Below, piece by piece: positions 17,871 to 26,465 of a stretch of DNA of 64,000 nucleotides. A program made the translations under genes and the position numbers. Under the pieces are notes generated by a model. It was not told the DNA's origin. It searched no databases and was given only the letters and a program-made list of their open reading frames with translations. The stretch's first letter is position 1, and each line of letters starts with the position of its first letter. The stretch comes from Alphaproteobacteria bacterium (lineage in GTDB: Bacteria; Pseudomonadota; Alphaproteobacteria; Rickettsiales; UBA3002): the NCBI GenBank assembly GCA_031402515.1, contig JANNSK010000097.1, positions 7,429 through 71,428 of the forward strand. The letters are read 5' to 3'.

Positions 17871-18121
17871 GATTTAAAAGTAGTGGGAAAACAGAGGCAC
17901 ATGAAAGCTGTCCACGGAATGTGTGGATAAGCTTTGGGGTAAAGTCTGGGTAAACGCAACGAACGGCGGAAATGACACAGCGGCTGGGGTTTGCCTATTT
18001 TTCGGGCACACTGTCCAATCGCCTGAAGTTCAACCATGATTCTGCCAGACTTCCCCAAAGCCAGCCATGCTTTAGGCACCGATTGCCTAGGCTGTGCCAA
18101 AGGTAGAAAATGTAGATAAGC

Positions 18122-18877
18122 TCACGCCGAATCCGCCGGAAAACCACGACGGAAGGTGCTGAGGTTAAAGCCACCCGTCAATGAAATCACCTGTCCGGTG
18201 ACACCTGGCGCGTCCAGTAAATAGCCCACCGCCGCGGCGACTTCTTCGGGTTTGCTGGTGCGTTTGAGTGGGGATTTGTCGGCAAGCATCCGGAAGGTTC
18301 TTGTCGTGTCGTGCGGGCCGCGTAGCGTCGGCCCCAGCGCCAACATATTGACCCGCGCTTGTGGCGCTGCGGCTGCCGCAAGAAGGTCGAGCGTGGATTG
18401 CCAGGCATGCTTGCTCACCGCATAGGAAAAGAACGGTGGTGCGATCGACCAGCCGAACGTTCCGTCGCCGAGGAGGATGACATTGCCTGAAACATTCTTT
18501 GGCAATTGTTTGAGGAATCCCTGCGTGAGTAAAAGTGGCGCTTCGAGATGAATGGCGAGATGCTCGCGCAAGGATGCAGGAGTCATCGTTTGCAACGTAT
18601 CGCGTTTGAAAGCGGAGGCGTTATGGATGATGGTCGTACAAGCCGGAAGTTTTTTCCAAAAACGCTCAAGTGATTTCGTATCGGTCAAGTCTGCTTTGAC
18701 CAGCATGATCTTCGTTCCCTTCGCGCGCAATGCTTGGGCGAGTTTTCCTGCCTCGGCTTTACTCTGCGCATAATGCAGCACAAGATCGTAGCCCATTGCG
18801 GCGAGATGCTGCGCCAGATGCGCGCCTATACGTTTCGCGGCACCGGTGATCAAGATCGTCTGTTTATGTTTAGGCAT
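18122..18877 (-). CDS. short-chain dehydrogenase/reductase (SDR) family oxidoreductase
   Basis: TGAAKRIG cofactor motif and YAVSK catalytic motif. Confidence 0.75.
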   Translation of the reverse strand: MPKHKQTILITGAAKRIGAHLAQHLAAMGYDLVLHYAQSKAEAGKLAQALRAKGTKIMLVKADLTDTKSLERFWKKLPACTTIIHNASAFKRDTLQTMTPASLREHLAIHLEAPLLLTQGFLKQLPKNVSGNVILLGDGTFGWSIAPPFFSYAVSKHAWQSTLDLLAAAAAPQARVNMLALGPTLRGPHDTTRTFRMLADKSPLKRTSKPEEVAAAVGYLLDAPGVTGQVISLTGGFNLSTFRRGFPADSA

Positions 18878-18897
18878 TTTTCGTTTATAACGAATTG

Positions 18898-20568
18898 ATG
18901 CACGTCACGCCACTACCAGATGTTGTCATCCTGCTCGCCGCTGCGGTGGTCATCGTCAGCGCCTTCCGTGCCATGGGTTTGAGCCCGGTGCTCGGCTACC
19001 TCGTGGCGGGCGCGCTTATCGGCCCCACCGGCATCGGCTGGATTTCCGACCTCGATACGACCTCCTCGATTGCCGAGCTCGGCATCGTGTTCCTGATGTT
19101 CATGATCGGGCTCGACCTCTCATGGGACCGCTTGAAGTCGATGCGGTTTCAGGTTTTCGGCGTGGGCTCGGCGCAGCTTTTCCTCACCTCGCTGGTGCTG
19201 CTGCTCGCCGCGCTGGCCATGGGCGTCAATTTCACGGATGCATTGATTATCAGCGGCGCCTTGAGCCTTTCCTCCACCGCACTGGTGCTCGAACTGCTGC
19301 GCGGCCACAAGGAGCTTGCCACGCAAACCGGACGGCTATCGCTTGCCATCCTCATCCTGCAGGATCTCGCCGCACTTCCATTGCTCGTGCTTATTACCGT
19401 GCTCGGCAAGGGCGAAGGGTCATTGTGGGAAGCGATGGTTAATGCCGGGATAAATGCACTGGCTGCACTGGTGTTGATCGCCATTGCCGGGCGTCTGCTA
19501 CTGCGCCCGTTATTTCGTATGATTGCCCGTTTCGATATTCACGAACTCTTCGTGGCCACTGTATTGCTGGTGGTATTAGGCATTGCCTGGCTGACCGAAT
19601 CGGCCGGACTGTCGATGGCGATGGGCGCCTTCCTCGCCGGATTGTTCATCGCCGAGACCGAGTTCCAACAACAAATCGAGCTCGATGTGCGCCCCTACAA
19701 ACGCCTGCTCATGGGATTGTTTTTCATGACGGTTGGCATGCGCATGGATCCCGCCTTCATCGTGGACAATCTAACGGAAATGCTATTCTGGGCCGCCGGG
19801 TTGATCGTAATAAAGGCCGGCCTGCTTTACGTTGTGCTCAAAGCTTTCAAATATACGCGGCGCACCTCCGCCCATACGGCGTTGCTGCTCGCCCAGGGCG
19901 GCGAGTTCGGCTTTATTATGTTTGGATTGGCGGCGACCTTGGGCGTGCTCGAAGGCGAAGTGGTACAAAAACTCCTCATCGTCATCACCCTCACCATGGC
20001 GGCCACCCCGCTGCTCGATATGATGGGTTCGCAATTGGAGCGGCGCTGGTGGCGGACGGTGAAACGGAGAAAGCCCGAAGCCATTGCTGAAGAAACGCAG
20101 GATATTTCCGGTCACATTATTATCGCCGGTTACGGGCGCATGGGAAAAATGATCGCGAACCATCTGGCCGAGGAGCGCATCCCCTTCCTCGCCCTTGATT
20201 CGGCGCCGAAGGAAATCTCCGCCGGGCGCAAGGCACACCATCCGGTGTATTTCGGTGATGCCGCGCGGCCCGATGTGCTCGAAGCGCTGGGCATTTCCCG
20301 CGCCATCGCGCTGGTCATCACGCTGCATGACCCCGACGCGGCGGAGAAGCTGGCAGGCCTCATGCGCGACCGCTATCCGGATCTGCCCATCATTGCCCGC
20401 ACCAGCGATGCCAAACACGCCCATCGGCTGGAGGCGCGTGGCGTCAGCGCCGTGCCCGAGCTGCAAGTGGCTGGCATGCGCATGCTTTCCAGCCTGTTTT
20501 CTATCCTCGGGCGCCCGGAGGAAGATATTCACCGGGTCATGGAGCAGGTGCGAAGGGCGGCGGGCTAA
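18898..20568 (+). CDS. CPA2-family cation:proton antiporter with C-terminal TrkA-N (KefB/KefC-like)
   Basis: Multi-TM Na/H-exchanger region followed by IIIAGYGRMG (Rossmann, TrkA-N). Confidence 0.85.
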   Translation: MHVTPLPDVVILLAAAVVIVSAFRAMGLSPVLGYLVAGALIGPTGIGWISDLDTTSSIAELGIVFLMFMIGLDLSWDRLKSMRFQVFGVGSAQLFLTSLVLLLAALAMGVNFTDALIISGALSLSSTALVLELLRGHKELATQTGRLSLAILILQDLAALPLLVLITVLGKGEGSLWEAMVNAGINALAALVLIAIAGRLLLRPLFRMIARFDIHELFVATVLLVVLGIAWLTESAGLSMAMGAFLAGLFIAETEFQQQIELDVRPYKRLLMGLFFMTVGMRMDPAFIVDNLTEMLFWAAGLIVIKAGLLYVVLKAFKYTRRTSAHTALLLAQGGEFGFIMFGLAATLGVLEGEVVQKLLIVITLTMAATPLLDMMGSQLERRWWRTVKRRKPEAIAEETQDISGHIIIAGYGRMGKMIANHLAEERIPFLALDSAPKEISAGRKAHHPVYFGDAARPDVLEALGISRAIALVITLHDPDAAEKLAGLMRDRYPDLPIIARTSDAKHAHRLEARGVSAVPELQVAGMRMLSSLFSILGRPEEDIHRVMEQVRRAAG

Positions 20569-20582
20569 AGTAAGTTTGGCGC

Positions 20583-20722
20583 GGCGGTGAGGTTCCTCCC
20601 CCCTCTAGGGGGGAGGTTAGGAGGAGGGCGTTTTCCGCTTACTCCGAATCCGAGTTTTATGGAGAAGCTGCCGCCCTCACCCCACCCTCCCCCTCAAGGG
20701 GGAGGGAGCCATAGACCGTGCC
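20583..20722. repeat. GC-rich MITE-like element, family A (inverted relative to 12065-12198)
   Basis: cctcccccctctaggggggaggttaggagg ... gccgccctcaccccaccctccccctcaagggggaggg ... gaccgtgcc. Confidence 0.85.
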
Positions 20723-20771
20723 CAACTAACGCTGCCGCTTTTTGTGTTGTCCGCGACGCTCGCACGAAAAA

Positions 20772-20797
20772 CACTCGACTCTCGACTCTCGACTCTG
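20772..20797. repeat. solo heptamer array (GACTCTC x3; complement of the GAGAGTC unit), no partner arm
   Basis: cactcgactctcgactctcgactctg, 15 nt upstream of the prs ATG and about 50 nt downstream of a GC-rich element. Confidence 0.8.
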
Positions 20798-20811
20798 TTA
20801 TCACTCGCCCC

Positions 20812-21747
20812 ATGAAACTCATCGCCGGGAACAGTAACCAGCCGTTAGCGAAAGCGATGGCGGATTATCTGAAGCTGAAGCTGACCGACGCTTCCATCCG
20901 CCGGTTTTCCGATAATGAGATTTTCGTCGAGATACAGGAAAACGTGCGCGGTGAGGATGTATTCGTCATCCAGTCGACGAGCTTTCCCACCAACGACCAT
21001 TTGATGGAATTAATGATCATGCTCGATGCGTTGCGTAGGGCTTCCGCCAGCCGGGTGACGGCGGTGATTCCCTATTTCGGCTATGCGCGTCAGGACAGAA
21101 AGCCCGGTCCGCGCACGCCGATTTCGGCCAAGCTTGTCGCCAACCTCATCACCGAAGCCGGTGCCGACCGCGTGCTCACCGTCGATTTACACGCCGGTCA
21201 GATACAAGGTTTCTTCGACATACCGCTCGACCATCTCTATGCGCGGCCGGTGATCGTCGACGACATCAAGGAACATTTCAAGGACTTGGGCAACCTCATG
21301 ATTGTCTCGCCCGATACGGGCGGCGTGGTGCGCGCCCGCTCGCTCGCCGGCAAGCTCGATGTTGATCTGGCTATCGTCGATAAGCGGCGCGAGAAGGACA
21401 ACCAGTCGGAAGTGATGAACATCATCGGCGAGGTGAAGGGCAGGGACTGTATCCTGTTCGACGATATCGTCGATACGGCAGGCACGCTTTGCAACGCCGC
21501 CAAGGCGATCATGGACGAGGGGGCAAAATCCGTATCGGCCTACGTCACCCACGGCGTGCTTTCGGGACCGGCGCTGGCGCGGGTGGAAAAATCCGTACTG
21601 AAATCCCTCGTCGTTACCGACTCGATCATGGCCACGGAAGCCGCCAAGAAATGTGGCAACTTACGCATCATTTCCATCGCCCCGCTGCTTGCCGAAGCGG
21701 TCAATCGGATTGCTGAGGAAAGCTCGGTTTCTAGCTTATTTGATTAG
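20812..21747 (+). CDS. prs: ribose-phosphate pyrophosphokinase
   Basis: [14 protein letters not shown]..., [19 protein letters not shown]. The ORF-track start at 20587 runs through a repeat element. Confidence 0.95.
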   Translation: MKLIAGNSNQPLAKAMADYLKLKLTDASIRRFSDNEIFVEIQENVRGEDVFVIQSTSFPTNDHLMELMIMLDALRRASASRVTAVIPYFGYARQDRKPGPRTPISAKLVANLITEAGADRVLTVDLHAGQIQGFFDIPLDHLYARPVIVDDIKEHFKDLGNLMIVSPDTGGVVRARSLAGKLDVDLAIVDKRREKDNQSEVMNIIGEVKGRDCILFDDIVDTAGTLCNAAKAIMDEGAKSVSAYVTHGVLSGPALARVEKSVLKSLVVTDSIMATEAAKKCGNLRIISIAPLLAEAVNRIAEESSVSSLFD

Positions 21748-21815
21748 GGATTGGGGATTGGGGATTAGGGATTAGGGGAAATTCCCTTAAAACCCAATCC
21801 CTAATCCCCCATCCC
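21745..21815. repeat. inverted heptamer-array hairpin, unit GGGATTR
   Basis: tagggattggggattggggattagggattagggg-aaatt-cccttaaaacccaatccctaatcccccatccc. It starts on the prs stop codon. Confidence 0.9.
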
Positions 21816-21900
21816 TTGAGCATTGACAGGCCCTCACCCCGTCGCTATAGATACGCGCCCTAAAACAACGGCAAAGCAAGCAATCCTTAAGGAGAAGCCC

Positions 21901-22665
21901 ATGAAAGCGGCAGTGGAAATGAACGCGGAAGAGCGCAAAAGCATCGGTAAAGGTGCCGCACGCGCTGCGCGCCGTGATGGCAAAGTGCCAGTTGAGCTTT
22001 ATGCCAACGGCAAAGGCAACGTGTCGCTCAATGTCGAGGCGCGCCAGTTTGCCAACGAATATTTCAAGGGCGGCTTCATGAATAAAGTCGTCGCGCTCAA
22101 GGCAGGCGGCAAAGATTATTTTGCCATCCCGCGCGCCATCCAGCTCAATCCCGTATCGGACAAAATCGAACATGCTGATTTCATCCAGGTCGATGAAAAA
22201 TCGGTGGTGAAAGTCTTCATCCCGCTGCATTTCAAAAACACCGATAAATCGCCCGGCATCAAGCGCGGCGGCGTACTCAACGTGGTCCGTCACTCGATCG
22301 AGCTTCTCTGCCCGGTAAAATCCATCCCCGCCTTCCTTGATGTCGATGTTGGCGCGCTCGAAATCGGCAACTCCATCCATATCAGCAAATTGAAACTCCC
22401 CGAAGGTGTGACCACCGTCATTAAAGGCCGTGACTTCACCATCGCTTCTGTCGCCGGTCGCCAGAAGGAGGAAGAAGAAGTTCCAGTCGCAGCTGCTGCT
22501 GCCGTACCGGGTGCCGATTCCGTCGTTGGTGCCGCTGGCGCTGCGCCGGGCGCTCCGGGCGCTGCTGCCCCCGCTGCTGGCGCCGCGCCGGCTGCAGGTG
22601 GCAAAGGCGCTGCTGCTTCCGCTGCTGGCGGCAAGGCTCCCGCTGCTCCTGCTGGCAAAAAATAA
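21901..22665 (+). CDS. rplY: 50S ribosomal protein L25/general stress protein Ctc
   Basis: L25/Ctc N-terminal and beta-barrel domains with an Ala/Pro/Gly-rich tail. AAGGAG ribosome-binding site before the ATG at 21901. Confidence 0.9.
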   Translation: MKAAVEMNAEERKSIGKGAARAARRDGKVPVELYANGKGNVSLNVEARQFANEYFKGGFMNKVVALKAGGKDYFAIPRAIQLNPVSDKIEHADFIQVDEKSVVKVFIPLHFKNTDKSPGIKRGGVLNVVRHSIELLCPVKSIPAFLDVDVGALEIGNSIHISKLKLPEGVTTVIKGRDFTIASVAGRQKEEEEVPVAAAAAVPGADSVVGAAGAAPGAPGAAAPAAGAAPAAGGKGAAASAAGGKAPAAPAGKK

Positions 22666-22683
22666 ATCTTCCGAGGGTGACCT

Positions 22684-23274
22684 ATGTGGCTCGTGGTAGG
22701 CCTTGGCAATCCCGGGGCCGATTATCGGTCCACGCGCCATAATATTGGCTTCATGGCAATTGACGCGCTGGCGGGTGCTGCAAAGTTCTCAAAAAAATTT
22801 CAGGGCGAAATCGCGCAGGTGGATATCGGCGAGGAGAAGGTCCTTTTACTCAAGCCGCAAACCTTCATGAACAATTCTGGAAGAAGCGTGCAAGCGGCGA
22901 TGGCATTTTACAAATTGCCACTCGAGAATCTCATCGTCCTGCATGATGAGCTCGACTTGCCACTCTTCAAACTGCGCATCAAGCAGGGCGGCGGCAATAA
23001 CGGGCATAACGGCATCAAGGATATCGACGCGAATATTGGCCCCGATTACTGGCGTATCCGCCTCGGCATCGGCCACCCGGGTGACAAGGACGCCGTGCAT
23101 GGTCACGTGCTAAGCAGTTTCGGGAAGGACGAGCGCGAGGGCGCCGATACATTGCTCAATGCGCTGGCCAAGCATTTCCCCCTTTTCTGGCAGCACTCGC
23201 CGGAAGCGTTGATGAGCAAGGTAACGGACACACTCAACCCCCGCGAAAAAAAACCTCAACCGAAGGAAGCATAA
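22684..23274 (+). CDS. pth: peptidyl-tRNA hydrolase
   Basis: VGLGNPG..Y..TRHN.GF, FMN.SG, and GGG..GHNG motifs. Confidence 0.95.
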   Translation: MWLVVGLGNPGADYRSTRHNIGFMAIDALAGAAKFSKKFQGEIAQVDIGEEKVLLLKPQTFMNNSGRSVQAAMAFYKLPLENLIVLHDELDLPLFKLRIKQGGGNNGHNGIKDIDANIGPDYWRIRLGIGHPGDKDAVHGHVLSSFGKDEREGADTLLNALAKHFPLFWQHSPEALMSKVTDTLNPREKKPQPKEA

Positions 23275-24375
23275 ATGGGATTCAATTGTGGCATCGTTGG
23301 TCTACCCAACGTCGGCAAATCGACCCTGTTCAACGCCCTGCTCTCGCAGCAGGCGGCGGAAGCAGCGAATTACCCGTTCTGTACGATTGAGCCGAATGTG
23401 GGCCGCATTGCTGTGCCCGATGCACGGCTGGATAAACTCGCAGCGATTGCAGGCTCGGCCACCATCATCCCTACCCAGCTTGAATTTGTGGACATCGCAG
23501 GACTCGTGCGCGGGGCGAGCAAGGGCGAAGGCTTGGGTAACCAGTTCCTTGCCCATATCCGCGAGGTGGATGCGGTGATGTATGTGCTGCGCTGCTTTGA
23601 AGATACCGACATTATCCATGTCGAAGGCTCCGTCGACCCGTTACGCGACGCCGAAATCATCGAGCTCGAACTCATCCTCGCCGACATGGAGAGCCTCGAG
23701 AAACGTTTTGATAACCTTAGCAAAAAAGCCAAATCCGGCGATAAGGAAACACTCGCCGGCCTCGCCTTGATGGAGCCAATTTTAGCGCTGCTACGCGACG
23801 GCAAACCCGCGCGTTTGTATAAACCAAAAGATCGCGAGGAAGCCAAACGCGTTCGCGCCTTGCAACTCCTCACCAGCAAACCGGTGATGTATGTATTGAA
23901 TGTCGAGGAGACCGCAGCCGCCACCGGCAACGAGCTCTCGACGAAAGCCGCCGCGATGGCCAAGGAAAAAAATGCTGCTGCGGTGGTCATTTCTGCCAAA
24001 ATCGAATCCGAGATGGCGGGCCTATCCGACGCCGAGAAAACCGAATTCCTGGAGAGTTTAGGGCTGCATGAAACCGGCCTTGCCAATATCGTGCGCACCG
24101 GCTTCACCCTGCTGGATATATTGAGTTTCTTCACTGTCGGTCCCAAAGAGGCCCGCGCCTGGACCGTGCGTCGGGGAGCGCTGGCACCGGAAGCTGCCGG
24201 CGTCATCCATACCGATTTCGAAAAAGGCTTCATACGCGCCGAAACGATTGCCTATGCGGATTATATCGCCTTGGGCGGCGAACACGGTGCGAAAGAAGCC
24301 GGAAAACTCCGGCTTGAGGGCAAGGAATATGTCACCCAAGATGGTGACGTGTTTCATTTCAGATTTAATGTGTAG
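23275..24375 (+). CDS. ychF: redox-regulated ATPase YchF
   Basis: GIVGLPNVGKSTLFNAL, a TGS domain, and a C-terminal DGDV.HFRFNV. Confidence 0.95.
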   Translation: MGFNCGIVGLPNVGKSTLFNALLSQQAAEAANYPFCTIEPNVGRIAVPDARLDKLAAIAGSATIIPTQLEFVDIAGLVRGASKGEGLGNQFLAHIREVDAVMYVLRCFEDTDIIHVEGSVDPLRDAEIIELELILADMESLEKRFDNLSKKAKSGDKETLAGLALMEPILALLRDGKPARLYKPKDREEAKRVRALQLLTSKPVMYVLNVEETAAATGNELSTKAAAMAKEKNAAAVVISAKIESEMAGLSDAEKTEFLESLGLHETGLANIVRTGFTLLDILSFFTVGPKEARAWTVRRGALAPEAAGVIHTDFEKGFIRAETIAYADYIALGGEHGAKEAGKLRLEGKEYVTQDGDVFHFRFNV

Positions 24376-24376
24376 A

Positions 24377-24468
24377 AGGTTCCGGGTGCCAGGTTTCAGG
24401 TTTCAGGAATTTTTCTTTCTGCTATACTCCTCTGGAACCTGAAACCCGGAACCCGGAACCTGAAACCT
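24377..24468. repeat. inverted heptamer-array hairpin, unit GGTTYCR
   Basis: aggttccgggtgccaggtttcaggtttcagg ... ctggaacctgaaacccggaacccggaacctgaaacct. It runs from the ychF stop to the next start. Confidence 0.9.
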
Positions 24469-24472
24469 ATCT

Positions 24473-24994
24473 ATGCTTTTCCCCTCCTCCAATCCCAAAA
24501 CGCCCCGCCTGTTTCCGCGCTGGATCAGCTGGCTGTTTTTAGGCTTCCTCGGCTATATCATGGTGATGGGTAACTTCTCCGGTAGCCCTGAGCCCAATAA
24601 GCAAGTGGAGTCCGGCGGTGCGTCATCCACGCAAAAATACCCGAAACTCGCCGAACTTGCCGATAAGGAACAGTGGAAACATGCGCTCAACCCCGACTAT
24701 GTCGGCTCCGCGCGCTGGCGTGAAATCAAGGAAGGCGATGGCGAAGGTGCCGTCTGTGGTGGCGAACTCACCGTCAAGATTACCGGCATCGCAGGCACGC
24801 CGGACACGCCACAGGCCATCAAGCTCGGCAACGCGCCTTACCCGGTGCTCGATACGGCGCTGATTGGATTAAAGCCCGGCGGCATCCGTGAAATCTCCGC
24901 CCCGCCAGACAAGGTTTACGCCAAACCCGCCAAAAACCAAACCCGCATGGTCGATTTTACCGTGGAGCGGGTGGCAGGGTCTCCAGCGAAATAA
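24473..24994 (+). CDS. membrane-anchored protein with FKBP-type PPIase-like C-terminal domain
   Basis: One N-terminal TM segment. The C-terminal pattern (I.EG.GEGA.CG..L.V...G.......LG......LD.AL.G.KPGG.R.I..PP...Y) is FKBP-like. Confidence 0.4.
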   Translation: MLFPSSNPKTPRLFPRWISWLFLGFLGYIMVMGNFSGSPEPNKQVESGGASSTQKYPKLAELADKEQWKHALNPDYVGSARWREIKEGDGEGAVCGGELTVKITGIAGTPDTPQAIKLGNAPYPVLDTALIGLKPGGIREISAPPDKVYAKPAKNQTRMVDFTVERVAGSPAK

Positions 24995-24996
24995 TC

Positions 24997-25025
24997 AAAA
25001 AAAAGACCGGGCACAAGGCCCGGCC
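24997..25025 (-). terminator. Rho-independent terminator, minus-strand specific
   Basis: On the minus strand: GGCCGGGC-cttgt-GCCCGGTC followed by T8. On the plus strand there is no T-run. It lies about 440 nt downstream of the LysR stop. Confidence 0.7.
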
Positions 25026-25140
25026 AGATTTAAACAGGGAGGCAAGCGCGCCTTGGTCGTTGCACCTTAGCGCGCCTTACGTTTCGCGCGAAACCGCGCC
25101 AAACGAGCCGCGACCATAGAGATGCTGCTTTGCAACACAA

Positions 25141-25180
25141 TTGCGTATAACGCATACGCCATATGCATAAAACGCATAGC
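25141..25180. promoter_or_regulatory. cluster of CTATGCG/TATGCAT half-sites (same motif as upstream of ahpC and the LysR gene)
   Basis: ttgcgtataacgcatacgccatatgcataaaacgcatagc. Its reverse complement contains CTATGCGTTT, identical to the ahpC-upstream site. Confidence 0.4.
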
Positions 25181-25277
25181 TAGTGGGTTATTTAGACTAG
25201 GGAAATCAGTATCTAAGTCGTTTCTCTTATCCACAGGTTTGTGTGGATGGGGTGTGAGTTGTGGCTTCCTCGCACCA

Positions 25278-25441
25278 ACTCACCCTCACCCAGCAAAGCC
25301 TAAGCGCTTAAAGCGCTAAGGCTTTGCGTCCCTCTCCCTCAATGAGGGAGAGGGAGTAGGGGAGATCGCGCCTCATAGTGTTAGGCAGGCACGGTGGTGA
25401 ACTCCCTCTCCCCCATCGGGGGAGAGGGTGGGGTGAGGGGG
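25278..25441. repeat. GC-rich MITE-like element, family A variant
   Basis: Ends actcaccctcaccc / gggtggggtgaggggg. Internal hairpins ccctctccctcaatgagggagaggg and ccctctcccccatcgggggagaggg. It contains a ggcacggtggtga block. Confidence 0.75.
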
Positions 25442-25463
25442 TCGTAGTAAAAGCTATCGGCGA

Positions 25464-26354
25464 CTAAAAATTCGATTCAGCGATCTTCTGCGTGATGAAA
25501 TTCCGAAATACCGCGATGCGTTTGGAGCTTTTGAGCTCCAGCGGATAAATATAATACGCCTCCGTCACCGGCCCGGAAACATCCGGCAGCACGCGGCTGA
25601 CATGGCGCGTGCGGTGCATCAGGTAATCGGGCAGGCTGGCAATCCCCATCCCCTGCTTTACCGCCGTGCGCATCGCCAGCACCGAATTGGCGCGAAAGAA
25701 GGGCGTGAGTTCAAGTCCGCGCGTATGGGCCATTGCAAACAACCAATTGATTTCCGGTGAGGCCAGCGTGCCTGTCGCATCATAGCCAAGCAGCCGATGA
25801 TTCTTGAGGTCGTTGAAGTTTTTCGGAATACCGTGCAGCCGCAAATAATCGTTCGAGGCATATAGCGAGTTGCGCAGTGTCATGATTGATTTCTGTACGA
25901 GGTCGGGATTCTTCGCCGGATAAAAGCGAATCGCCGCATCCGCCTGGCGCAGGGTGAGGTCGAGTTCGCGGTCCTCGCAAATCATCGTCACCTGAATGTC
26001 GGGATAAAGATCGGTGAATTCTTTCATCTGCTGCGCCAGCCAGATATTGCCAAAGGTCGCCGGCACCGCCACCTTGAACGGGCCTTTGGGCCTGCTTGAG
26101 GATTCCGACAGTGTATTTTCCGCCGCCTGCAGCTTGACCACCATATCGGCAACGGTGCGGAATAAAATCTCGCCCTGCTCAGTAAGCATGAGTCCCCGCG
26201 CATGGCGGTGAAAAAGCGGAATGCCGAGCTTTTCCTCGAGCGCTGAAATCTGGCGTGACACTGCCGACTGGCTCAAATTCAGCGCTTCGCCTGCCTTGGT
26301 CAGGCTTTTTGAAAGCGCGACCGTATAAAAAACCCTGAGCTTGTCCCAATCCAT
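25464..26354 (-). CDS. LysR-family transcriptional regulator
   Basis: N-terminal HTH (LR.F..VA...S.T.AGE.L.LSQSAVSRQI..LE..LG..LF.R) followed by a LysR substrate-binding domain. Confidence 0.9.
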   Translation of the reverse strand: MDWDKLRVFYTVALSKSLTKAGEALNLSQSAVSRQISALEEKLGIPLFHRHARGLMLTEQGEILFRTVADMVVKLQAAENTLSESSSRPKGPFKVAVPATFGNIWLAQQMKEFTDLYPDIQVTMICEDRELDLTLRQADAAIRFYPAKNPDLVQKSIMTLRNSLYASNDYLRLHGIPKNFNDLKNHRLLGYDATGTLASPEINWLFAMAHTRGLELTPFFRANSVLAMRTAVKQGMGIASLPDYLMHRTRHVSRVLPDVSGPVTEAYYIYPLELKSSKRIAVFRNFITQKIAESNF

Positions 26355-26356
26355 GA

Positions 26357-26439
26357 GCTATGCGTATAGGGCAATTCACGGGTAATAAAAAGGGGTAAAC
26401 GGCCGCCAGCCATGCAAATTATGCAAGCTGCCTATGCGC
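26357..26439. promoter_or_regulatory. candidate operator sites upstream of the LysR gene
   Basis: ctatgcgtatagggcaattcacgg (26357-26380) and catgcaaattatgcaagctgcctatgcgc (26411-26439). These share AATTATGCAAG, CTATGCG and CCGTGAATT with the ahpC upstream region. Confidence 0.5.
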
Positions 26440-26465
26440 TGTTGCTTGGCTGCGGACAATAAAAG

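Noticed and set aside
20587-20811. Upstream ORF extensions of prs (20587), uvrB (43333-43461), der (55262), cpaC (50390-50542), lgt (11233) and the SOUL protein (58789-58941)
   Set aside because: The extensions are translations of GC-rich repeats, heptamer arrays or, for the SOUL protein, the tRNA-Arg gene. Conserved N-termini begin at internal ATGs.
22480-22662. Ala/Pro/Gly-rich low-complexity tail of L25 (and the Pro-rich tail of CpaB at 50391-50560, and the KKKKKK end of Der)
   Set aside because: Low-complexity C-terminal tails on these proteins are common in GC-rich alphaproteobacteria. There is no repeat-element signature at the DNA level.
21787-22740. 317-aa ORF on the minus strand, the longest unassigned ORF in the track
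   Set aside because: It lies entirely antisense to rplY (L25/Ctc) and the pth start. The sequence is low-complexity (Ser/Gly/Ala/Arg-rich) and typical of shadow ORFs in GC-rich DNA, while the plus-strand genes have clear homology and a ribosome-binding site.
23370-24233. 287-aa minus-strand ORF. Similar long antisense ORFs occur at 19783-20532, 53920-54621, 55840-56547, 49442-50344, 12386-12958 and 16452-17174.
   Set aside because: All are antisense to confidently identified genes (ychF, kefB-like, bamB, der, cpaC, the DUF185 methyltransferase, uvrC). They have biased Ser/Arg/Ala composition and no recognisable motifs, so I treat them as GC-driven shadow ORFs.
25227-25248. Origin of replication suggested by perfect DnaA boxes (17922-17930, 25227-25235) and the AT-rich block at 61173-61400
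   Set aside because: Only two isolated boxes are present, there is no cluster of boxes next to an AT-rich unwinding element, and no dnaA, hemE, parAB or gidA context is present. The count is close to chance expectation.
25122-25319. 65-aa plus-strand ORF in the long spacer downstream of the LysR gene
   Set aside because: It has no ribosome-binding site and an odd composition. It overlaps the operator-motif cluster, the DnaA-box palindrome and a family-A repeat, so it is more likely non-coding.
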